A model generated the notes under the pieces. The model was given only the letters and a program-made list of their open reading frames with translations. It had not been told where the DNA came from and did not search any database. From Macrostomum lignano (Eukaryota), in assembly GCA_002269645.1 (NCBI GenBank), contig NIVC01000946.1, positions 186,001 to 250,000 of the forward strand: a stretch of DNA of 64,000 nucleotides. The letters are read 5' to 3'. How positions within the stretch are numbered: the first letter of the stretch is position 1; every line of letters begins with the position of its first letter. A program made the translations under genes and the position numbers. Positions 36,401 to 48,400 of this stretch are shown here, one piece after another.

Positions 36401-39400
36401 TGTACATGCCTGAGAGTGTACATGCCTGAGAGTGTACATGCCTGAGAGTGTACATGCCTGAGAGTGTACATGCCTGAGAGTGTACATGCCTGAGAGTGTA
36501 CATGCCTGAGAGTGTACATGCCTGAGAGTGTACATGCCTGAGAGTGTACATGCCTGACGATTAGAAAGTCAGGGCCGATGTACACCCTGCGTGAGCGTGT
36601 GCATGAGTTTGTGCCTGCGTACTGTATTGGCGCGCTTGAATGTGCTCAGCAGTCAGCGGAAGGGGCAGAATTGCTGTCAGCGCGAGGGATTGCTGGAAGG
36701 GATTGCTAATCTAGCCAACAATGAAAAAGCAACAGAATGCCCATCCGCTAACTGCCTCACAGACTGTCTACCAGTGCCGTCCCGCTGTCCGGGATACGTG
36801 GAGCGCCTGCATCACGTAGCAATTTTTTACTCGTATGACGGCTACACGTTATCTGCCTGGTCAGGCGAGGAGAACTACTGGAGCCGGTTTGTCTCCGGGA
36901 CTTTCAATCTCGTGGTATTACGTAATACCGCCAGAGAGTACGCTTCGGATATTCGAGTCATCAATCGAGGATTCTATTATGAGTCAGTTAATGCGGACAC
37001 GATGCTGTGGCGCTGCTGCAGCCCCGACAGTCCGGACGGCTTCGCCAGCGGCCAGCACTGCGCAGTCAACACCAACGAGCTGCCGTCGTTCGCTGGCAAG
37101 TTCTGCACCCAGTCAGGCGGACGCGACGCCTGCTTCCCGTGGGACCGGCGGATCGGCCTGGACGCCCCGGACAGCTTCGTTGAGGGCAGCGCCTACGATG
37201 CTGGCAACAACTGCAGGCAGAAATGCGCCAACACGGCCACCAGCGCCCTGTATACCTGTTCCATTCTGTTCTGCGACTCCGGTGAGCGCTTCCTGGCGCT
37301 GGGGGTTGTCTGGCATCTAACAGTTGTCCTACTGAGTAGCCCTGATCCTTTCGGTGATCCTACTTAGTTACTGGTCCTTCATTAGCTCAACTGGTCCTTC
37401 ATTAGCCCATCTGGTCCTTCATTAGCCCAACTGGTCCTTCATTAGCCCATCTGGTCCTTCATTAGCCCAACTATAGCCCTGACCATTACCCCAGCTGCCC
37501 GAGCAGCTAGTAATTTGAGTATCCCAACCTGTCTTTGGCACAAGCAAGCTCAAGCAATGCTCGTTCACTTTCACCAGCCGACCCGCGCCCGAACATCGGT
37601 TACTGGCGAGCGGGCAGCACCGACCCGGACGAGTGGCTTCAGGCCGCTTTCAGCAGCCGCATCGAGGCCCACAGCGTCACCGTAGGCTCGGCCTTTTGCT
37701 ACAGCACATCGATCACCAAGGAGCTGATCAAACGGTACTACCTCCTGTACTCTGACGATGCCGAGTTCTGGTATCGATACGCCGTGAACAAATTTCATCT
37801 GAATGTGAGTCCGAACTACAGGCTAAATTCTTCATTTTCTCCCTACTTCGAAATGCTTGTGTCACATTCCTGTCTGTCACATATTCTTGTCTGTCACATA
37901 TTCTTGTCTGTCACATATTCCTGTCTGTCACACATTCTTTGTCTGTCACATATTCTTGTCTGTCACATATTCCTGTCTGTCACACATTTTTTGTCTGTCA
38001 CACATTCTTGTCTGTCACATATTCCTGTCTGTCACACATTCTTTGTCTGTCACACATTCTTGTCTGTCACATATTCCTGTCTGTCAAATATTCCGTCTGT
38101 CACATATTCCTGTCTGTCACATATTCCTGTCTGTCACATATTCTTGTCTGTCACACATTCCTATCTGTCACATTCTTGTCTGTCAAATATTCCTGTCTGT
38201 CAAATATAATTGCCTGTGTCACATATTCCTGTCTGTGTCACACATTCCTGTCTGTGTCACATATTCCTGTCTGTGTCACATATTCCTGTCTGTGTCACAC
38301 ATTCCTGTCTGTGTCACACATTCCTGTCTGCGTCACATATTACTGTCTGTGTCACAAATTCCTGTCTGTGTCACATATTCCTGTCTGTGTCACATATTCC
38401 TGTCTGTGTCACACATTCCTGTCTGTGTCACACATTCCTGTCTGTGTCACACATTCCTGTCTGTGTCACACATTCCTGTCTGTGTCACACATTCCTGTCT
38501 GTGTCACACATTCCTGTCTGTGTCACACATTCCTGTCTGTGTCACACATTCCTGTCTGTGTCACACATTCCTGTCTGTGTCACACATTCCTGTCTGTGTC
38601 ACACATTCCTGTCTGTGTCACACATTCCTGTCTGTGTCACACATTCCTGTCTGTGTCACACATTCCTGTCTGTGTCACACATTCCTGTCTGTGTCACACA
38701 TTCCTGTCTGTGTCACACATTCCTGTCTGTGTCACACATTCCTGTCTGTGTCACACATTCCTGTCTGTGTCACACATTCCTGTCTGTGTCACACATTCCT
38801 GTCTGTGTCACACATTCCTGTCTGTGTCACACATTCCTGTCTGTGTCACACATTCCTGTCTGTGTCACAAATTCCTGTCTGTGTCACATATTCCTGTCTG
38901 TGTCACATATTCCTGTCTGTGTCACACATTCCTGTCTGTGTCACACATTCCTGTCTGTGTCACACATTCCTGTCTGTGTCACACATTCCTGTCTGTGTCA
39001 CACATTCCTGTCTGTGTCACACATTCCTGTCTGTGTCCCTCTCTCCAGCGCCTCACGTTCCCCTTTCCAGTACCTGTACGGCCCGTTCAGCGCGCCAGAC
39101 TACTGTGGCAGCTCCAGCGAGGTGCTCCGGCCGCCAATCCAGGCCATGTACATCCGCCTGTACGCGTCCAGCATCTACGGCACAATGGCTGGCAAGCTGG
39201 AGCTGTTCGGCGTCGCAGCATCGATTCCGCCTGAGCCGAGGCTGCCAGAGATTCAATACGAAGCCTTCCAGCTGTCCGCCAGGAAGGTGACGAACCAGTT
39301 CGACACCAGCCGGCCGATCAGCTCCGCCCTGATTCGCTGGGGCTCGCCGATCACCTACGGCGGTTCGACGTACCAGCCCGCCTACAGGACCAGCCTTAAT

Positions 39401-42400
39401 GATGACGTCATGCTGCAGCTGCCGGTGCCGCACCGGGTAATGTCGGTCGTCACGGCGGGAGGCGGCGGGCACGCCGTCAGCCAGTTCGAGCTGCTGTACA
39501 GCGAAACAGCCGACTCCGACGCGCTGCAGCTGGCCAACAGCAGCCACACTGGCAACTCCAGCTTCTTAGGCAACACGGAGGACAAGCAGCTGATTCGGAA
39601 CGACCTTGGCGGCCCAGCTGATGCCGCCCTGCTGGCGGTGCGGCCAAAGCAGGCGCTGGGCGCGAACAGCTTGCTTAGATTCGGACTGCTGGGGTATCCG
39701 CTTGGTGAGCAGCTTCTCTGACTTCTCTGACTCACTTTTCCCTGACTGTCAAGCTGATACCTGTCCGACTGCCTGTCACCTGACTGTCAAGCTGATACCT
39801 GTCAGACTGCCTGTCACCTGACTGTCAAGCTGATACCTGTCAGACTGCCTGTCACCTGACTGTCAAGCTGATACCTGTCAGACTGCCTGTCACCTGACTG
39901 TCAAGCTGATACCTGTCCGACTGCCTGTCACCTGACTGTCAAGCTGATATCTGTCCGACTGCCTGTCACCTGACTGTCAAGCTGATATCTGTCAGACTGC
40001 CTGTCACCTGACTGTCAAGCTGATATCTGTCAGACTGCCTGTCACCTGACTGTCAAGCTGATATCTGTCCGACTGCCTGTCACCTGACTGTCAAGCTGAT
40101 ACCTGTCAGACTGCCTGTCACCTGACTGTCAAGCTGATACCTGTCAGACTGCCTGTCACCTGACTGTCAAGCTGATATCTGTCAGACTGCCTGTCACCTG
40201 ACTGTCAAGCTGATATCTGTCCGACTGCCTGTCACCTGACTGTCAAGCTGATATCTGTCCGACTGCCTGTCACCTGACTGTCAAGCTGATATCTGTCAGA
40301 CTGCCTGTCACCTGACTGTCAAGCTGATATCTGTCAGACTGCCTGTCACCTGACTGTCAAGCTGATATCTGTCAGACTGCCTGTCACCTGACTGTCAAGC
40401 TGATATCTTTCCGACTGCCTGTCACCTGACTGTCAAGCTGATATCTGTCCGACTGCCTGTCGCCTGACTGTCAAGCTGTCAAGTTGGCTGTTATGCTATC
40501 AGGCTGAATGTCGTGTTGTCAGACACGCTGTCATGCTGTAAGCTTGGCTGTAATGCTGTCAGATAGGCTGTCATGCTGTAAGCTTGGCTGTAATGCTATC
40601 AGATAGGCTGTCATGCTGTAAGCTTGGCTGTCATGCAAATTCGAATTCCAGAATGCCCAGCGGTGCCATTCGCTAACATTAGCACCAATGGGAGCAACCT
40701 GGACCGCCCGCTGACCCTGACGATCCCGGAAATCCGGTGGCCGCTGTACCTGAACTTCACCAGTCTGCACCATTTTACCAACCTCACCTACAGCCAGTCT
40801 GGTTCGTGCTCCGCCGAAATCATCGCGCTGAACTTCACCGACCTCAGCAATGCTTCGGTGGCTAACTATGTAAGCATGAGCAGTTCAATTGATGCAATGG
40901 TGAATTTATGCGAAATAGATCTGTGCCCTACGCTGTGAACCTGGCGTTTGATCGTCCGCAGACAATCGAATTGAGCTCAGGCAACTCCAGCCTGTGGCTG
41001 AATCGGTCAGTCACCGCTCACTCGGCTGTGATTCGGTTTCTGACTTCGCCAGCAGACCCCGGGTGTCATTCGGTGCAGCTGCACTTTTACGGCTGTCCAG
41101 CAGAAGGTAAGAACGATAAACAGTTAGGATTTCTTTTAATTTTTTTAACTACTCTAGCCGTCAAGAATCCCAATAATATAAAGTCTCAAGAGTAACATCC
41201 TGGAAACTAAAACGCCGGACACCAACACCCCGGGCACCAACACCCCGGAAACTAAAACCCCGGACACCAAAATGCCGGACACCAACACCCCGGACACCAA
41301 AACCCCGGACACCAAAACCCCGGACACCAAAACCCCGGACACCAAAACCCCGGACACCAAAACCCCGGACACCAAAACCCCGGACACCAAAACCCCGGAC
41401 ACCAAAACCCCGGACACCAAAACCCCGGACACCAAAACCCCGAACACCAAAACCCCGGACACCAACACCCCGGACACCAACACCCCGGACACCAACACCC
41501 TGGACACCAACACCCCGGACACCAACACCCCGGACACCAACACCCCGGACACCAACACCCCGCACACCAACATCCCGGAAACTAAAACCCCGGACACCAA
41601 AATGCCGGACACCAACACCCCGGAAACTAAAACCCCGGACACCAAAATGCCGGACACCAACACCCCGGATACTAAAACCCCGGACACCAAAATGCCGGAC
41701 ACAAACACCCCGGATACTAAAACCCCGGACACCAAAAGCCGGGACATCAAAAACCCCGACACAAAAAACACGGATATCAAACCCCCGACACCAAAAATCC
41801 GGACGCAAACAATCTGGAAAGTAAGAAAACCCGGACACAAAAACCCCAGACTCACAAAAAGTACCGCACAGCCACAGCCAGAAAGTCGGACACCAATTTC
41901 CCGGACATGAAATTCATATACTCTACTCAGTTTCTAAAACTCAAAAAAAACAAAACCAATTTCAGAATGCCCAGTCAATTTCTATTACCTGAACGGTCGC
42001 TGCATTCACCACTACTCGGACTTCAACGCCCAGCTGACCAGGCCGCTGGCTCTCGAGTACTGCCGCAACATCAGCTGGACCCGCCGGGCCGGCCTCTTTG
42101 TGCCCGTCAGCTTCTATGACTACGCGGCCGTGCGGCTGGGCTACGCGCACTGGCAACAGTAAGTCAGGGACTTCTGTATTGTGCAATCTGGGCGGGGCGT
42201 CTCTTAGACAGGCATCAAAAGCTCTGTGGGACAGTCTATGGGAGTGAATATGCAGGTAAAGCTTTTGTCTACAGTTAGACTTACATGTACGCTCGTAGAA
42301 GATGGACTTCCAAAGCTGAGCAAAGACAGGTTCAACCATAGACAAGAAGCAAACTTGTGACTGAGAAACTCCCATAAACTCAAAATACCATAAACTCACA

Positions 42401-45400
42401 ATCCCATAAACTCACAATCCCATAAACTCACAATCCCATAAACTCAAAATACCATAAACGCAAAATCCCATAAACTCAAAATCCAATAAACTCTAAGTCC
42501 TATAAACTCAAAATACCATAAACTCAATATCCAATAAACTCAAGATGTTCAAGGAAATCAATATCTCATAAATTCAAAATCCCATAAATTTACAATCTCA
42601 TAGACTCTCAATCTAATAAAATCAAAATATACCTCACAAGTCCAAAATGTCGCCCTTTTCAATTCAAAATTTTGTCCAGATCCCGCCCGTCCAGCTCTGT
42701 CGGCGCTGTCCAGTCCTTCAGCGTCCATCTGGGCGTTGCGCGTAACGCCAGCGGCGGCTCCTGGCTGGTGGAGGCGACAGGGCAGCCTCTTAGCTGGCAG
42801 CACTGGAAGGCTGCAGAGCCCGCCGCCTCCGACAACTGCGCTGTCAGCACCTTCTCCGACGAGAGCTGGACAGGCCTGACTGACTGCGGCACTAGAATGG
42901 TGATCTGCGAAGTGCCCGCCAGTGAGTTATGGACATTCTCCTCATAACTCAAGATGGAATTCTGGGCGCTCTTTGAATGCTTTAATGTTAGTGTATTCAT
43001 GGGATTTGAGATTACATAAGATATGAGATTCTTGGGATTTGAGATTCTTGGGATTTGAGATTCTTGGGATTTGAGATTTTTGGGATTTGAGATTCTTGGG
43101 ATTTGAGATTTTTGGGATTTGAGATTCTTGGGATTTGAGATTCTTGAGATTTGAGATTCTTGGGATTTGAGATTCATGGGATTTGAGATTCTTGGGATTT
43201 GAGATTCTTGAGATTTGAGATTCATGGGATTTGAGATTCATGGGATTTGAGATTCATGGGATTTGAGATTCATGGGATTTGAGATTCGTGGGATTTGAGA
43301 TTCATGGGATTTGAGATTCGTGGGATTTGAGATTCATGGTATTTGAGATTCATGGGATTTGAGATTCGTGGGATTTGAGATTCATGGGATTTGAGATTCA
43401 TGGGATTTGAGATTCATGGGATTTGAGATTCATGGGATTTGAGATTCATGGGATTTGAGATTCATGGGATTTGAGATTCCTGGGATTTGAGATTCTTAGA
43501 ATTCTTGAGATTCTTAGGATTTTGGCATTCAGGATTATGAGTACTCAGATATGCTAATCCTAAATTTAAATTAACGGCCTGTAGTACCTTCGTAATTCCT
43601 GGAATCTAGGACTGTCGTATGGTTCGTGAGATTCTTGGGGTGCTCATGTTTTTTTGAAACCATGAAACCATGAGAGTCTCGTTCCCTATCCACTCGGCAG
43701 ACATCCGGTCGAACCGCAGGTGCTCCGATCCCTACTACAATGTCTACCTGAACGTTCGGCTGGCCTCCCGGAATCCCCTGGACGAGATTCCCCGGGCGCA
43801 GCAGGCGTGGCGCAACCTGCCGGAGGCCATCAAAGCCTGCCAGTACGCTGGCCGCGCCACCTGCAGCAGCATTGAGACCAAGGACCTGGACACCTGCTTC
43901 AGCACTATGGACACAATCACAGTGAACTATTCTACAGCAGCTGATGCTGGCTCCTTCGTTATTGAGCAGCTGTGCAGAGGTGAGGACCCTGTTCGCTCTG
44001 GTACCACTTGCCAGCTTTGGAACTCTTGTAGATAATGACCTAAATAAGGCTTAGTAGCTAAGGATCTGATTGACGAATGTATTCAGTAGCTAAGGATCTA
44101 CTGACGAAGGAATTCTGTAGCTAATGATCTAACTGACGAAGGAATTCTGTAGCTAATGATCTAATTGACGAAGGATTTCTGTAGCTAATGATCTAACTGA
44201 CGAAGGAATTCTGTAGCTAATGATCTAACTGACGAAGGAATTCTGTAGCTAATGATCTAATTGACGAAGGAATTCTGTAGCTAATGATCTAATTGACGAA
44301 GGAATTCTGTAGCTAATGATCTAATTGACGAAGGAATTCTGTAGCTAATGATCTAATTGACGAAGGAATTCTGTAGCTAATGATCTAATTGACGAAGGAA
44401 TTCTGTAGCTAATGATCTAATTGACGAAGGAATTCTGTAGCTAATGATCTAATTGACGAAGGAATTCTGTAGCTAATGATCTAATTGACGAAGGAATTCT
44501 GTAGCTAATGATCTAATTGACGAAGGAATTCTGTAGCTAATGATCTAATTGACGAAGGAATTCTGTAGCTAATGATCTAACTGACGAAGGAGTTCTGTAG
44601 CTAAGGATCTAATTGACGAAGGAATTCTCTAGTTAAGGATCTAATTGACGAAGGAATTCTGTAGCTAATGATCTAATTGACGAAGGAATTCTGTAGCTAA
44701 TGATCTAATTGACGAAGGAATTCTGTAGCTAATGATCTAACTGACGAAGGAATTCTGTAGCTAATGATCTAACTGACGAAGGAATTCTGTAGCTAATGAT
44801 CTAATTGACGAAGGAATTCTGTAGCTAATGATCTGATTGACTAAGTTATTCTGTAGCTAATGATCTAACTGACGAAGGAATTCTGTAGCTAATGATCTGA
44901 TTGACTAAGTTATTCTGTAGCTAATGATCTAACTGACGAAGGAATTCTGTAGCTAATGATCTAATTGACGAAGGAATTCTGTAGCTAATGATCTAATTGA
45001 CTAAGTTATTCTGTAGCTAATGATCTAACTGACGAAGGAATTCTGTAGCTAATGATCTGATTGACTAAGTTATTCTGTAGCTAATGATCTGATTGACGAA
45101 GGAATTCTGTAGCTAATGATCTAACTGACGAAGGAATTCTGTAGCTAATGATCTAACTGACGAAGGAATTCTGTAGCTAATGATCTAATTGACGAAGGAA
45201 TTCTGTAGCTGAGGATCTAATTGACGAAGTAATTCTGTAGCTAATGATCTAATTGACGAAGGAATTCTGTAGCTAATGATCTAACTGACGAAGGAATTCT
45301 GTAGCTAAGGATCTAATTGACGAAGGAATTCTCTAGTTAAGGATCTAATTGACGAAGGAATTCTGTAGCTAATGATCTAATTGACGAAGGAATTCTGTAG

Positions 45401-48400
45401 CTAATGATCTAATTGACGAAGGAATTCTGTAGCTAATGATCTAATTGACGAAGGAATTCTGTAGCTAATGATCTAATTGACGAAGGAATTCTCTAGTTAA
45501 GGATCTAATTGACGAAGGAATTCTGTAGCTAATGATCTAATTGACGAAGGAATTCTGTAGCTAATGATCTAATTGACGAAGGAATTCTCTAGTTAAGGAT
45601 CTAATTGACGAAGGAATTCTGTAGCTAATGATCTAATTGACGAAGGAATTCTGTAGCTAATGATCTAATTGACGAAGGAATTCTGTAGCTAATGATCTAA
45701 CTGACGAAGGAATTCTGTAGCTAATGATCTAACTGACGAAGGAATTCTGTAGCTAATGATCTAATTGACGAAGGAATTCTGTAGCTAATGATCTGATTGA
45801 CTAAGTTATTCTGTAGCTAATGATCTAACTGACGAAGGAATTCTGTAGCTAATGATCTGATTGACTAAGTTATTCTGTAGCTAATGATCTAACTGACGAA
45901 GGAATTCTGTAGCTAATGATCTAATTGACGAAGGAATTCTGTAGCTAATGATCTAATTGACTAAGTTATTCTGTAGCTAATGATCTAACTGACGAAGGAA
46001 TTCTGTAGCTAATGATCTGATTGACTAAGTTATTCTGTAGCTAATGATCTGATTGACGAAGGAATTCTGTAGCTAATGATCTAACTGACGAAGGAATTCT
46101 GTAGCTAATGATCTAACTGACGAAGGAATTCTGTAGCTAATGATCTAATTGACGAAGGAATTCTGTAGCTGAGGATCTAATTGACGAAGTAATTCTGTAG
46201 CTAATGATCTAATTGACGAAGGAATTCTGTAGCTAATGATCTAACTGACGAAGGAATTCTGTAGCTAAGGATCTAATTGACGAAGGAATTCTCTAGTTAA
46301 GGATCTAATTGACGAAGGAATTCTGTAGCTAATGATCTAATTGACGAAGGAATTCTGTAGCTAATGATCTAATTGACGAAGGAATTCTGTAGCTAATGAT
46401 CTAATTGACGAAGGAATTCTGTAGCTAATGATCTAATTGACGAAGGAATTCTCTAGTTAAGGATCTAATTGACGAAGGAATTCTGTAGCTAATGATCTAA
46501 TTGACGAAGGAATTCTGTAGCTAATGATCTAATTGACGAAGGAATTCTCTAGTTAAGGATCTAATTGACGAAGGAATTCTGTAGCTAATGATCTAATTGA
46601 CGAAGGAATTCTGTAGCTAATGATCTAATTGACGAAGGAATTCTCTAGTTAAGGATCTAATTGACGAAGGAATTCTGTAGCTAATGATCTAATTGACGAA
46701 GGAATTCTGTAGCTAATGATCTAATTGACGAAGGAATTCTGTAGCTAATGATCTAATTGACGAAGGAATTCTGTAGCTAATGATCTAATTGACGAAGGAA
46801 TTCTGTAGCTAATGATCTAATTGACGAAGGAATTCTGTAGCTAATGATCTAATTGACTAAGTTATTCTGTAGCTAATGATCTAACTGACGAAGGAATTCC
46901 ATATACTAAAAATGGTCTGTCGGTATATGTGTGTGTGATCGATTTTAGCAAAAATGGCTCAACCGATTTTGTTCAAACTTGCACCATTCGATCAGAAATT
47001 TTTCCGTGACGGTACATGCATCGTGGCTAAGAAATTGCTCGATGCTAAAGGGATTAAATATTCGAAAAACATGCTTTTTTGCAAAGGTCAAGCAGCTATT
47101 TCGACTTGAAACGCACTGTAAAAATGCTAGAGAAAAAACTGACTGGTTGAATTCTGATTCTGAAATAGATTGCATCACAATACACTTTATTTATCGTCTG
47201 TGTACTGGCTGAATTTGACACTCAATTGAATTGCGTCACAGCTTTGAGTGTGAAAGTATAGTGCAGTACTGAATTTATATTACGTAACCATATTGTTAGC
47301 TTTCATAGACACTGGTACTGACTTGCCTAAGAAATTGATTATGTCATAACTGCTTCGCGTGACTTTTTACTCTACCTGACTTGGTGTGAGTGTTGAATTA
47401 TATAAGTGGTACAAACTCACTGATAACTTCGATGAGAGCTAGCCTAGAGCTGAGCATACCAGACTGCTAATGCAGCGACCTGGGTTCGAATCTAAGTAGT
47501 TTAAAAGTAGTAGTGTAAATTTTTTATTAAAAGCTTTTATTGAAGGACTAAATAAAAACACTTAGATTACTGCACTCGATAAGCTAAGGATTATTGCGCT
47601 TGGCAAACCAAGGAATACTGCACTCGATAAGCCAAGGATTATTGCTATTAATAAACCAAGGATTACTGCACTCAATAAACCAAGGACTATTGCTATTAAT
47701 AAACCAAGGATTACTGCACTCAATAACCAAGGACTATTGCTATTAATAAACCAAGGATTACTGCACTCAATAAACCAAGGACTATTGCTCTTGGCAAACC
47801 AAGGATTACTGCACTCGATAAGCCAAGGACTATTGCTCTTGGCAAACCAAGGATTACTGCACTCGATAAGCCATGGATTATTGCTATTAATAAACCAAGG
47901 ATTACTGCACTCGATAAGCCAAGGATTATTGCTATTAATAAACCAAGGATTACTGCACTCGATAAACCAAGGATTATTGCTATTAATAAACCAAGGATTA
48001 TGCACTTGGCAAACCAAGGATTACTGCACTCGATAAGCCAAGGATTATTGCTATTAATAAACAAAGGATTACTGCACTCAATAAACCAAGGACTATTGCT
48101 CTTGGCAAACCAAGGATTACTGCACTTGATTAATCAAGGATTATTGCTATTAATAAACCAAGGATTACTGCACTCGATAAGCCAAGATTATTGCTATTAA
48201 TAAACCAAGGATTACTGCACTCGATAAGCCAAGGATTATTGCTATTAATAAACCAAGGATTACTGCACTCGATAAGCCAAGGATTATTGCTATTAATAAA
48301 CCATGAATTACTGCACTCGATAAGCCAAGGATTATTGCTATTAATAAACCAAGGATTACTGCACTCATAAGCCATGGATTATTGCTATTAATAAACCAAG

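Noticed and set aside
39738-46897. 30-40-bp repeat arrays as CRISPR
   Set aside because: Units are head-to-tail with no unique spacers, there are no cas genes, and the context is eukaryotic.
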